A stretch of 64,000 nt of DNA, taken from contig CM052816.1 of assembly GCA_028534125.1 (NCBI GenBank), forward strand, positions 25,112,001-25,176,000. Direction: 5' to 3'. Below the pieces are notes generated by a model. That model was not told where the DNA came from. It worked only from the letters and a program-made list of their open reading frames with translations, and did no database searches. How positions within the stretch are numbered: the stretch's first letter is position 1; each line of letters starts with the position of its first letter. Below, in pieces: positions 1 through 12,829 of this stretch. This DNA comes from Lama glama. Lineage: Eukaryota. The translations under genes were made by a program, and so were the position numbers.

Positions 1-915
1 GAGAATTCAGATGGTCAGTGAACTTGCCCTAACTTTCACTAATTTTTAACTGGAATTTAGCATTTCCTTTCATCATGAATATAGGCAATAAACAATAGTC
101 ATAACAGCAGTAGTTTAACCAATAGAAATCACAAGTATTTTTATATCACATTAGATTTGTTGCAGATCTCAAAGTGTCATTTATATCCATCCATACTTCA
201 AAATTGTAATGGTTTCATGTGATACACTACTGGATCTTGTTTTTTTAATACATTAACATAGAAATCCATGTGATTATATCACAAAGTTGTTTTTGAAAAA
301 AATTGATAATAATATCTTAATGTTTGTTTTCCTTTGTTAATCTATATAAATAATTTTGTACATTTTAAAATATTTTGAGAAGGACTGCAGAAGCATCACA
401 GACTTCCTGTATTCGTTTGCTAGGGTTGCCGTAACAAAATATTACATATTGGGTAGCTTCAACCGTAAAAGGTTTATTCTCTCCCAGTTCTGATGGCTAG
501 AAGTCTGAGATCAAGGTGTTGTCATTGTTGGTGTCTTCTGAGGGCTCTAGGGGAGAATCTGTTCCATACCTCGTTCTTAGTCTTTGTTGGCTTCCTGGCA
601 GTATTTGGCATTGCTTGGGTTCTAGATAATCACCCCCGTCTCTGCCTTCATCCTCATATGGCCTTCTCCCTGTGTGCATGTCTATCTCCATATCTCCTCT
701 TTTTATAAGGACTCCAGTCCTATTGAATTAGTGCTCACCCTAATGACCTTATCTTAACTTGATTACCTCTGTAAAGACCCTATCTCGAAATAAGGTCACT
801 TTCTGATACCCTAGGTGTTAGGAATTCAACATGTATTTTTTGGGGGGGGAGACATAATTCAGCTCACAACACTTCCAAAGGGTCTATAGCATACAAAAAG
901 GTAAGAATACTACTT
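1..915 (-). mobile_element. hAT-Charlie DNA transposon (Charlie4a-like), split by an MLT1 LTR
   Basis: Reverse complement resembles the Charlie4a consensus; the terminal stretch GAGAAGG..CACAGACT / CCAAAGGGTCTATAGCATACAAAAAGGTAAGAATAC is continuous once 408-876 is removed. Confidence 0.7.
408..871 (-). mobile_element. MaLR solo LTR (MLT1C-like), 464 bp
   Basis: TGTATTCGTTTGCTAGGGTTGCCGTAACAAAAT...TTCAGCTCACAACA termini; perfect 5-bp TSD CTTCC at 403-407 and 872-876. Confidence 0.9.
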
Positions 916-1616
916 TAAACCTAGGTAGGCTTAGAGGAGCCTCATAATACTTCAGGTTTAGCTGGACAGGTCACATAGAGACTCTGCCCTAATGATTACC
1001 TAGCCCACGTGGTTTGTTTGCTTGTATTTTCTCTTGCAAGCAAACTACTTACGTACTTTAAAATGGCTGACTTCCCAGTGAACCCCGAGGGAGAAGAGTG
1101 ATACTACCAGAGAAGAGAAAGGGAAAAGACTAAATTCCAGGGGCCCAGTGTCAGGAGGGGAAATGCAGTTTAATCTCCCCAGGTGGTGGCAGCTGAGTAA
1201 ATTACCTATAGCAAGCAGCTGTAACACATTACATTGCAATTATCCCCGAAGAGTTCTAGGGCTTGTAAGCAGCTAAAGATAAAAGGCAGCCCTGCTAGAG
1301 GAAGAGCTGCTTCCTTTGCAGTTTTACAGTGTTTGAGGAAATAGACCTCATAGGACAGCCATTCCTTTCAGTAAGCCTTAAAGTACAAATAATCCCCTAG
1401 TTATGCAAGGGTCTTGTGTCTGAATATGCTGCCTACACATACAAGGCTTGTGAAGGAATTGCACGGGGAAAATGAATGTAATGAATTTTATGTAAAGAAT
1501 TCTTATGAAATAAAGTACATTAAAACATGTACTTCTGGAATGATATCTGCCAATGGTTTCCCTAGTAAGTATTATGATTGCCTATTTAAATTTTGACAGC
1601 AAAATCTATAAATTAG

Positions 1617-1750
1617 AAACATTTATTAAGAGCCCATTAAGTGCCAGGCATTGTACTGTACTTTTTAAAAGAGATTATCTCCACGAAAATCCTAAAATGT
1701 AGATACCATTATTAATCTCATTGTATAAATGGGGGAAATGAGAGTCAGTA
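1617..1750 (-). mobile_element. MIR SINE fragment
   Basis: AACATTTATT..GTGCCAGGCATTGT..CATTGTATAAATGGGGGAAATGAGAG matches the reverse complement of the MIR core and tail. Confidence 0.65.
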
Positions 1751-1990
1751 ATCCAGCAACAGTGTACATTTGGAATGTAGCTTACAGCTCAAAATAAAAA
1801 TTTTCATACCTTATGTGTAGAAACCAGATGTTTACTAAGCTTCCTCCCTTTCCTTCCAAGGACATCATTCTCTGATTACAGGGTCCAATAGAAATTTACT
1901 GTCTCATGCATTTCCCCTCAGCATTTTACGACTCCTGGCTACCATCTCTAGTCCAAGTGTCATTAGCTGGAAAGAATGAAGTAGAGCAAG

Positions 1991-2235
1991 CAGTGATGTA
2001 CCTGTAAATGATTAACAACTGGCTTTCTGGGAAATAAAAGCTCTGATTTGTAGTGGTTGCCTGATTTTATGGTGTCCATACTCTCACAATGTTCAGTTTC
2101 AAGCCACCAATATGATATCACTGGATTCAGAGCTTGGAGGATATGTGCAGTAGCTCACAATTTTACTGTACTTCTACCATACAGATTAAATAGATACAAA
2201 TAGCCTCAAGATTATATATAATATTATAATATAGT
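1991..2235 (+). mobile_element. hAT-Blackjack MITE (MER63-like)
   Basis: Starts CAGTGATGTACCTGTAAATGATTAACAACTGGCT; contains CTGATTTGTAG..TTTCAAGCCACCAA as in MER63. Confidence 0.65.
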
Positions 2236-2239
2236 CATT

Positions 2240-2760
2240 GGAGGTTCTGGTTCAAGATGGTGAACATAGGAAGATCCGGAACTCACCTCTTCCCATGAAT
2301 GTTCTGAATCTGCAGCTCTGTATGGAACAATTTCCTCTGAAAAAAGCCAAAAACTGATGGAGCAACCCCTTTATATTGGGCAAAGGAGAGGAAAACCACA
2401 TTGGAGAAGATGGGAAAGGCTGAGACACAGTCTCACCAAAAATCCTACTCCCTGTGCAGCAACCCACGATCAAGAGGAAACATAAAACCCAGAGCTCCTT
2501 AGTGAGGAGCGGAGTTCATACCCCACATGGGGGACCCTAACTTTTAAGACTGGCACCTGACAGAGAAACCCCCCAAAATCTGGCTTTGAAGAGCAATGGG
2601 GCTCTCTCACCCATGAGACCTGAGGTTGGAAGGCGAACTGAGAAATGACTCTTACAGGGCCGATGTAGAGATTCTTGCCTAGGGTCCAGCACAGAAGCAG
2701 CCCTTTGGAAAGCACTCAGACTTTACGTAAAAGAGACTCATTTCCTAATTTTAAAGTATT
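2240..2760 (+). mobile_element. L1 5' UTR fragment
   Basis: GGAGG..CAAGATGG (YY1-type motif, 2253-2260) start typical of L1 5' ends; resembles the 5' end of the L1 at 23921. Confidence 0.65.
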
Positions 2761-2769
2761 GGTCTATTG

Positions 2770-3545
2770 ATTCATTTTCATCTTTTTTTCTTTCTCTTTT
2801 GCACACTCAATAACTTTTTCTTTGATGCCAAGTTTTTAAAATTTTACTGTATCAGCTGTTGGATATTTTGTAATTTCTTTAAATATTCCTGGACATAATT
2901 CTGGGATGCAGTTAAGTTACTGGGGAACAGTTTTGTTCTTTTTTAAGGTTGCTTTTATGCAAGTGCTCATTTTCCCCTGTACTAAGACTATAACCTACTA
3001 GATTTTCTCTCTGAAATCCCAAGTACTACGAAGGACTTCTCCTGTGGGATCATGGACTACTCCTGGCCTTGTTTTGTCTCTGAGGCTTTTCTCCCTGTTT
3101 TTCCTTAATGATTTTCCCCCCAGCCTTAGGTAATTTCCTTATGTTTATGCAGTTATCAGCCGTCAGTAAAGGATTCAAGATAGAACTTTTACTAGGTTTT
3201 ATAGCTTTTTTTTTTTTTGCAGTTCTTTTGACTCTGTTACACTCTTCTGCAAATTCTAGCTCCTGTGGACTCCCCAGATTTTCATCTCTATTATTTCTAC
3301 TCATGAAGACCATAGGGCTCTGTTTGGATTACTTCTCCCTTCACCATGGCTGGGACACTTCCTTCAGGCAGCAAGCTGAAGCAATTGTACACATCACCTC
3401 TTTGTTTCCCTTTTCTCAAAGATCTCTGCCCCATGCTTCTTAGGATCCAGCATGTGAAATGCACTGGTTTACGTATTTAGTCTAGTATTTGAGTTGTTTA
3501 TGTAAGAAGATAAATCTGGCCTTTGTTAGTCTACTACAGCTAGAA
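2770..3545 (-). mobile_element. Old L1M (L1MC/L1MD-type) 5' region
   Basis: Characteristic stretches TTCCTTCAGGCAGCAAGCTGAAGCAATTGTA..CACCTCTTGTTTCCC and TAAATCTGG. Confidence 0.55.
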
Positions 3546-4229
3546 CACACATGATTTTTTGCTCATAGATGAAGCGACCCATATTCAAACTGGTGATTAT
3601 TACTGTCACATTTATGTAGTTCTTCTCATTGGAAAATACTTCATGATCGCTTCTGAATCTTCTGGTATATGCTCCACAACTTACTGCAGATTTTTTGTGG
3701 ACAGTGCACAAGTTTGATCTTCTTGAATAAAGTACAGATAGCATAATACTGCCAGGTAGACCACTTGTAACTTCTGAGCTAGTTGCACATGAAAGAAGAA
3801 CTTGGAGGTGAGGGCTCTGAAACCTTTCTTTATGACTGTCAAGGAAGTAGGTAGATGGGTGGACATAAGCTATCAAGAGTCTAGAAATTCTCTGATTCTA
3901 GACAAAGCCGTGTTGCCTGGTGCCTCTTGGGCAAGTGAGCGTAAGAGGTGAGAGGTTAGCATGTTTCCTGCCTGTGATGGTTTACAGAGTTTGCTGTGTT
4001 TTCAGCGCTTACAGTAGGCTTGCAAGTAGAATGAGGACAGAATACACTCCATCCTCCCATCAGCACACCCAATGTCATTGGTTTTTAAGGGACAGAGCCT
4101 AGGTACACTAGTTCAAATTAACACTGGGTTTATAGGAAAAAAAAAAACGGATTCTAGAATTAGATATATGTAGTCCCCATTGGAACTGGTAAGTCATAGG
4201 GGTAAAAGAGGACAAACTACTGTTTTATA

Positions 4230-6172
4230 CAATTTTTAAGGTTACTTCCCATTTACAGTTATTATTAGATACTGGCTGTATTTCCCATGTTGTACAATAC
4301 ATCCCTGCACCTTTCTTACACCTAATAGTTTTTACCTCCCACATCTCCACCCCTTTATTGTCCCCTCCACCCTCTCCTCACTGGTAACCATTAGTTTGTT
4401 CCCTGTATCTGTAAATCTGCTTCTTTTTTGTTATATTCCCTGGTTTGATGTATTTTTAAAGTTCCATATGTAAGTGATATCATATAGTATTTGTCTTTGT
4501 CTGATTTATTTTACTTAGAATAATGCCCTCCAAATACATCCATGTTGCTGCAACTGGCAAATTTTTGTTATTTTTTTTTGGCTGGATAAAAACTTTGGTT
4601 TATTTTGACGAATACTTTGGTTGCTTTCGTATCTTGGCAATTGTAAGTAATGCTGCTATGAACATTGCAGTGCACGTATCTTTTTGAATTAGTGTTTTTT
4701 TTTTTTTCCAGATATCCAGGAGTGGGATTGCTGGGTCATGTGGTAGTTTTTTTTTTAATTTTTTTTGAGAAACCTCTATGCTGTTTTCCACAGTGGCTGC
4801 ACCAATTTACATTCCCACCAACAGTGTACAAGCGTTCCCTTTTCTCTGCATCCTCACCAACATTTGTTATTCGTGTTCTAATTTTTAATGACAGCCATTC
4901 TGAGAGGTGTGAGGTGATATCTCATTGTGATTTTGATTCACATTTCCCTAATATTAGTGATGTTGAACAAATTCTCATGTGCCTATCGGCCACCTGCATT
5001 TCCTCTTTGGAAAAATGTCTATTCAGTTCTTCTGCCCATTTTTAAAATTTGGGTTGTTTTTTAAATTGAAGTATAGTCAGTTTACAATGTTGTGTTAGTT
5101 TTTGGTGTACAGCATAGTGGTTCAGTTTTATATATAGAGAGAGAGATATATATATACACACACACACATACATACATACACACATATATTCTTTTTCATA
5201 TTATTTTTCATTTTAGGCTATTACAGGGTATTGAATATAGCTCCCTGTGCTATATATTTGGACCTTGTTGTTGTTTGTTTGTTTTTTTGATGTTGAGTTG
5301 TATGAATTAGTTATATATGTTGGATATTAATCCCTTATTAGTCATATTATTTGAAAATATCTTCTTCCATTCAAAAAGTTTCTTTTCATTTTGTCAATAA
5401 TTTTTGTTTTGTTTTGTTTTTGCTGTGCAGAAGCTTTGCACTTTAATTAGGTTGCATTTGCTGATTTTTACTTTTATTTCCTTTACTTTAGCAGACAGTT
5501 CCAAAAAATATTGCTGCAATTTATGTCAAAGAGTGTTTTGCCTATGTTTTCTTTTAGGATTTTATAGTATCTGGTCTCACCTTTAGGCCTTTAATCTTGA
5601 GCTTATTTTGTATATGGTGTTAGAGAATGTTCTAATTTCATTCTTTTACCTGTAGCTGTCCACTTTTCCCAGCACCACTTATTAAAGAGACTGTCTTTTC
5701 TCCATTGTGTATTCCTGCCTCCTTTGTCATAGATTAACTGACCATAGTGTGAGTTTTCTTCTGGGCTCTCTGTCCTGCTTTACTGATCTGTGTACCTCTT
5801 TTTGTGCCAGTAATGTACTGTTTGGATTACTGTAGCTTTGTAGTACAGTCTGAAGTCAGGGAGTATGATTCTTCCAGCTTTTATCATCTATCTCAAGATT
5901 GTTTAGGCTACTTTTATGTTTCCATACAAATTTTAAAATGACTTGTTCTAGTTCTGTGAAAAATGCCATTGCTATTTTGATAGAGATTGCATTGAATCTG
6001 TAGATAGCCTTGGGTCATATGGTCATTTTAACAATATTAATTCTTCCAGTCCAAGAACATAGTGTATCTTTTCATCTGTTGATGTTGTGTTCGATTTCTT
6101 TCATCACTGTCTTATAGTTTTCAGAGTACAGGTCTTTTGCCTCCTTAGTTAGGTTTTCATTCTTTTTGATGT
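4230..6172 (-). mobile_element. 5'-truncated L1 (ORF2 3' part plus 3' UTR), decayed
   Basis: ORF 4600-4791 reads LPHDPAIPLLDI..KDTCTAMFIAALLTIAK..KQPK, the L1 ORF2 C-terminus; frameshifted. Confidence 0.92.
5060..5270 (-). mobile_element. Short L1 3' terminus nested in the L1 above
   Basis: TTGAAGTATAGTCAGTTTACAATGTTGTGTTAGTT..GACCTTGTTG is an L1 extreme 3' end and interrupts host ORF2 sequence. Confidence 0.8.
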
Positions 6173-9099
6173 GGCAGCTATTTTCTTTAACTCTGTCTGT
6201 GCCCTTATATTTTTCTACCTTTGCTTCTCTCTATAACTTCATTCCATGCCCCCTCCTCTGTGTTCTGGCATCCTCTGCTCACAGTCATATAGTCTCCACA
6301 AAATAATACCCTTAGTCCTTGGTCTTTAGGATTTTTCAGCTCAGCTTTATGTACTTGATTGGCACAGTATTTCAGGGAGAGGAAATTGATTGCCCCAGCC
6401 TAGGCTGGCTGTGTCTACCTGATGTTACTGTGGCCAAGATGAGGGGGAGGAATCACTTGGTACAACCAGGCACATGAATGAGTAAGAGAATAGAGCTAGC
6501 CGTGCTCTTTTAATGACATTTATCATAATAAATTCAAGTATTTAGAGCACCAGGCACCAAGGGCAGAATAAATAGGAGGGAAGGAGGGAAATGAGAGCCC
6601 AACTTAGTCTTCTGTGGAGTTCTGCCTTTAAACTGACACTAATAGCTCACCACGGTCTTCATCATGGTATGACTAAGTCAATGAAATTGTCATCTCTTGT
6701 TCCTGATTGCAGTTAAGTCTTGTGTGGAGATCTTGCTCGTTTAAAAAAATAGATTCTGTGTTTATCTCAAGTAGGAAGAGATACTATTTAGAAGAAATTC
6801 TTTGCTTCAGAGGTTCTCCCAGAGCCAGCTCCACTCTAGTGTCTGGTTTTGCTAGGCCAGGAAATCACCAGCTGCAGATTTAGCATAATTGGAGTCAATG
6901 ATAAGTTTGCTTGAATAGAGAGGTCCCAGTCTTTTTAGGGGACTCCAGCCTCCTAAAATGAGAATTAGGGCACAAACCTGAAATGTTTGAGGAGTGGAGA
7001 TGCGGTATGTCAGACCAGTGGCATATAGCTATTCCTCAAGGCACAGCTATGCCCCTCCTCCCCATCTAGCTAATCTTATTTTCTTTTTGTTCTGCTAAAA
7101 GAATGCCTAATACTTTCCAAAAAATCTATTTCAGTTTTGAAAACAAAGTCCTATAAGTTATAGAAACCACTGGGCCCAGCTGATAATTCTGCCCTAATTG
7201 AGTCACTTTACAATAGGAAATAGATTCTAAATTACTCCATAATTAGGGATTATTCTTTCTGTACTACTGTCAATTCTATTTTTTTTTAAGTATGGAATGT
7301 TCGCCTCAAAGTCATTAAATAAAAGTGAATTTGTCTAGTCTGATGACCTACTGCCCCTGAGGAAAACACAATGTGTGCTCACGATTGCTGTCTCTTTGTG
7401 TTCCCTCTTTTCAGCTGCTTGTTCTCTAACAAAGTCCTACAAAGAGGTGATGTGACTATCTGTACTTTGCAAATCAAGCTGTTTTTAGAGTGAGAGAATT
7501 TCCCTAGAACTGCCTCTCTCTCCCTTCCCTGACCCCTTTGCCCTTGCATTCATTAAAGCTAAGTTCCTGGCTCAAGTTAAGGGAAGATTTTAGTTATTAT
7601 CCTTGGCAGAGGAACTCTCCATTGTGGCTTTGATTTGAACTTCAGCTCTTCTGAGTGCAGGGGTCACATGTGAATTTGTTATGCTTCCTGGCAAATGTTT
7701 CAGAATAAATGAATCTGATGAAATTCTCATGAAGTATTTGTTTTTTAGTGTTTCTCTAATACACAATAAATTGTAATTTATGAGGTGTAATTGAAGAAAA
7801 TTCTAGAGGAAGTTGTGTATAAGATTAGGGGGATTATTAAATCAACTTTATTGTGTTTTCAAAACTTAAAAATGGTTTACAGCTATAATAAATTGCTTGA
7901 GAGTGCTATCAACCCATAAATTTTAATAATTTAATAAACATTCTGCAGTTAAGTTGGGATCATGGCCAAATCCCAGGGCTGGTTTTGTACTGTGAATATA
8001 ATAATACGTGTTTTAGTTTACCTGGCTGATAAAAGAATGAATTGTTCTAGAGCCTGATAAGCATGGATCGGTCATTAATTTTAATGAACTAAGACTGACT
8101 CAAGTTTGAAGTCAGAAGGGTGCACTAGGTTTCTCCGCCCCTCTGCATCTGTTTTACTGATCACTGTTGCTATTTAGTATCTTCAAAGTAAGAGGCTTGT
8201 ATCATTTCCTCTAGCCTTTAACCTTGAAAATGAGTTATAAAAGTAATCACTGATTTGCCTCCTATTAGTGAGCTGTTAGCTGTACAGTTAAAATATGTTT
8301 TTAAAGTAATAAACTCAAAGTATAATAATTTGCACATAGGGAGTTCCCAATGTACACTGATTAAAATAAATCAAATCTATATCAACTTAATAAAGCTAAT
8401 AAAATGGTATTTTTGATATCTCTTCTCTTGTGAAACTTGGTGCTCAAATTCTAAACAACCCATTGAGAAGAGTGGGAACTATATGGAGAGTCTGTGTTAG
8501 CTTCAAATGTGTGCCTTAATGAAATGTGCTAATTATGTGAGCATTATATAAAACATTATTCACATGTCTGTGTAGACATGCCTGTGCCTAGAGTTGAACC
8601 AAGTTAATTAGTGCATATTTAATAAAATATTATTTTGCTCTTTTTTCCCTTTATTCTACTCAAATGAATTCATCTTATCTGTAAAGTGACTGCTTTAATT
8701 AGACTTTGTGTTCAATTGTTCTTTGCCTGCTTTTTATGATAATGACAAAAATATTCACCAGCATGCTAAAGGATACTTACGTAAGATTTAAATCATTGAC
8801 TTTAGACTACACAGTGTATGTTTTTAAAAAGAAATTTTGTGACCATCATAAAATATAAGTGTGATGAATATTAACAATACAGGGTCTTTTCCTCTGATTA
8901 CTTATTTCTCACTTTCTTATCTAACTCGGATGACTGAAAAAAATATCATACTTGATGAATTCTACCACTGAAAGAATATCATTTGGTAACTAGCTGTGTG
9001 CATGTATTTATTCATCCACACAAGACAAGCACATGCTAATATATGCACTTGCCATGCCTAAGTTTTCACTTAATGAAGAGCTTAATAAAAATCAGCATT

Positions 9100-9320
9100 C
9101 ATAGCCCTTCCGTAGTCAGATAAATTAGTTAATGCACAATAAGCAGCTCTAATGTATAATGCAAAAGATTAGTCTTATCATTTGCATAATGTGCTACAAA
9201 CGGCCCACTGTTACAAGCAGTAGAAGCTCCCCCGTTAAATGTGAGTTGAAAGCTGAATGACGTCAATAAAGTAATTATGCTTCATTTGGCATATCTCATT
9301 CATTCTCTGGAGTTCAAGAC
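9100..9320. promoter_or_regulatory. Candidate enhancer with octamer and CRE
   Basis: ATTTGCAT at 9180-9187, full CRE TGACGTCA at 9258-9265, several TAAT cores, no repeat similarity noticed. Confidence 0.45.
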
Positions 9321-9789
9321 CCTATCTGAGCTCTGTTGACAGCACTGCTGAAAGGCATTGGTGATGGTTCAAAAGCAAAGCGATGGGGGTCTGGAAAGAA
9401 GCCTGATGTGCTCAACTCTTCACTGTATGACTTCTTCCTCAGCAGAAACTCATTTTACACTCTGGCCCATGCACATACTTATGTACAAATGTGTGCAACT
9501 AGGAACTTGTTAGTTTATACTGAGAGTAAAAGAATTTTCAGGCCAATAAGGTTCCTATATCAGTGACTTCCAGATGTATCAGAATTCTCAGTGGAAAGAA
9601 AAGATTGCCAAGGAAGCATTTCTGTCTTCCTCAGAGACACATTTATGCACACTCCACTTCTGCCAACAGGAAACACAGAATTCATTGTCAGTGTTGCTTC
9701 CCTGCCTCTTATCTTACCCTTAGAGAACATTTTCATGTCTGTGAGAAATTAAAAGGCATTCTTTGAAACTCAGTCTAGTCCTAAATAAA

Positions 9790-9819
9790 CACACACACAC
9801 ACACACACATACACACACA
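9790..9819. repeat. (CA)n microsatellite
   Basis: Seen directly. Confidence 0.95.
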
Positions 9820-11122
9820 TTTTACTAATGTGGAAATTAAGACCCAAAGAAGTTACACCATTTACCTAAGGCCCAGTACTACTGGCTTTAGAATACTAGT
9901 ATCTTGACTCTTAACTTGGATGACTCGTGTTTTTCTGTTTTGTGTAAGTATTAAAAGATTTCTTTTTACATTTGTTTACTGTCTCAAGGATAGGGAGACA
10001 AATCATTTTATATTTGTCATGGTCAGCTGGCAAATATTTTTGCAAAGCTTCATATTAAAACCGTAAAAATGGTGGCTATGGAATTGCCTCTGAAAGATGA
10101 TGCATTTGCACGCTCAGACTCTCACTCTGATTCACTGCTCAAAAGCAGACTGTGGCTGATCTTTTTTTCAGTATCTCCAGCAACAACAGCATTTGGACAA
10201 ACATTGCAAGATTATGGCTTTCTTCTGAAAATGGCATTTTACTGAAATCCTTGCTCTCAGGAATTGATTAAATTTTTTCTTGAATATAGAAAAATAATCT
10301 GCCAGAAAATATATTTGCTTTGAAATCATGTATTCTATATTATGCTGTTCATTATATAACATAATAATAATTTTTAAAAACACAGTCCATGGACTTACTA
10401 GTACATAGACAATCTCATCATTTTCTAGAGTTAACCTCACTTATTTATATGCTTATATGACTCTTCATAAGCTATAGTTCTGTCTTGGCAAGGTCAAATA
10501 TGTACTTTATTACTAGAAGTAGGCTAAAATACTGTCATAAGATTTATGATTTATTGCTCCTGCTTAGCAAGTAATCAGACATGAATTTTAAGACATAAAT
10601 GTTGGTTAAGACATGGACGAACATACACTCAAAAGTCCAAAAAAAGTAGAGAATTTGACATTTTAGCCAAAGAAAGCAATCAGGGAAGGAAAAAAAAAGT
10701 CTTAAATATTTCTTATATTGTAATTATGATAAGAAACTGAAGAAATATTTAAGCAGAAATTTTTGCATTTCAGTTTGATCATTTTATCCATTTACACCAA
10801 TACTTTTATTTATTGAAGTAAATTTAAAACAGATCACCCATCTTTCACTGTTAGCTTAACAAGAGAACAAATAACAAATTACCTAAAATGTTTACGAGAA
10901 CTAATTTGAATAGCTCTGAATCTCAACAGAATCAAATCTGAAACATGGAATGTTCTTTCTACATAATACCAGTGTCACTAAGCAAAAAGTGAGACACCAG
11001 CTAAACAGAAATGATCTCCAAATGATCAGTCTGAAAACATTTTTTGAGTAGCTTCGCAACTATATAGCTTTGACCACTTCAGTATGGACTTTGACTAATT
11101 ATCATTTTGGCCTCTGGTTGTT

Positions 11123-11143
11123 TGTGTGTGTGTGTGTGTGTGT
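11123..11143. repeat. (TG)n microsatellite
   Basis: Seen directly. Confidence 0.95.
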
Positions 11144-11397
11144 GGCTATTTTCTATGAGCCTCTTCTCTTCAGTAGGTTCAGATGAGATGCACTGCAAAA
11201 CTCCAAAAGTGAGAGAAATAATTGTTGTAGCAGCAGTGATGCAGCCACAGTCCTACTCACTGAGCTCCTGGGTCACTCAGCCCCCTAAATTGCCTCTGTG
11301 TAAGAGGTAAAAACCTAACCACTAATCACAGAGGAAGTGCAGCTGAAACTGCTCAGTTTCTATGGTCATTTCCTAAATTTGATTGGTATAAAAGGTT

Positions 11398-11721
11398 TAG
11401 TACAGATGCCTGGAATAAAATTGTTCCCAGAGTTTGATATGTAATGTTCATGATGCAGACTGATTTCAACTAAGAGTGTACTTTTCATATTGTATCCATG
11501 CTGGCAATAGAAGGGTTTTATTAGGCACTAGCAAATGGCCTTTGTGACTACTGCTATGACAGTCAGTGTTGTATCTTAATTAGTAGTAGTATTTCTAGTT
11601 CAACTGAAATAGCTAAAGGGTCCTCCTGGGATCTATTCTGGGATATGATTTTGTTTAATCTTATTATTAATGATAATAAATTTTTACTTCGTTGGAGTAT
11701 CATCTGTATGCCAATGATTCC
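11398..11721 (+). mobile_element. Ancient L2/CR1/Crack-clade LINE reverse-transcriptase fossil
   Basis: Translation with frameshifts gives STDAWNK..TDFN, TFHIVS, KG..GSILG..ILFNLIIND and YHLYANDS, in the order of non-LTR RT motifs. Confidence 0.6.
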
Positions 11722-12829
11722 ATTATTTAAACAAATAATTATTCCACATTACAATTTCTTCTAGAACATGACAATAACAAATCATAGTTATGGCTTATTC
11801 AAAGTAAATTAGGTCTAAAACACTAATAAAATTAATTGCAAGATGTTTGATTGGAAACCAGAGCTGGTTAAAACAGGAGTCTCTCTTACGGTCTTTGATA
11901 ATGCATTACTCTCTGGAATAGAGCTCCCAGCATAAAATATCTCAGCGCTTGTTAGCAAACAAAGAGTAATTGAAACTTGGTTGCTAGGAGACATTTCTCA
12001 TTGTTGACAATCCTGATTTTCTTTGATTACTGGCACTATTGTTGTTCATTACACAAACTGAATGTTTTTATATAACATTGAAGAAACATATTTTGGAACC
12101 CAATTGTTGTGTGAATACCACCATGTGCTACCAAAGAAATGTTTATTCACAGGTTCGGCAGGTTAACTATCTCTAGTGAGCGTTTGTTCCAAAACCTTAC
12201 TAAATAGTTTTTTCTTTCTTACAAAATACAAATTTTACTGGAAAGAAAATTCTAAGTTTTACAGGACAAAGATTGTGAATAATCCACGAATTTAAGATTT
12301 TCTGAAAAACAGAAAAATAACCTTATCTATGCAAATTCAACCTCTCTATTGTGATTTCTGTATTCAATATTATTCCCTTTACATGAGGGAAAACAATATT
12401 TAAAATACAAGAAATGTTTAGTTTAAATGAGGTTGGAATTTTAAAATCCTGGATAAGAAAGCAGTAAGTTTTTAGAATGAGTTTGATAAAATGAGCACTT
12501 TGGTATCTAGTTTTCTCTGGTAAAGAATATTCACGTTACCTTTATTCAGAAGGCAAGAGTTAACATCATATTTGGTAAAGCTTCAAACAGGTAGACAGTT
12601 ATGCAGAATATATCTCAAAAATCTTTACTTGAAATGAAATTCCAATTAATTTTATGCTGTTAACCTCAGGTTAGATAACACTGGAATCTGCCTGCAGGTT
12701 CCTGTCCTCACAGCTGTGATAACTGCTCTACCGTTCTTTTCACGCCGTCCCCAATCTCCGCATTTCAACCTTACAGAATAGATGGAGAACGGCAGACAAG
12801 AAGTCTATACGCTTTCTCTCTCATCATAC

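Noticed and set aside
3526..3876. 116-aa minus-strand ORF in unique-looking sequence
   Set aside because: Non-ATG start, no recognisable homology and no convincing splice sites.
4600..5586. Cluster of ORFs
   Set aside because: Frameshifted L1 ORF2 and 3' UTR remnants.
12690..12810. CpG-rich patch with a possible minus-strand mini-exon
   Set aside because: Weak AAG acceptor, no recognisable peptide, and it abuts an L2 remnant.
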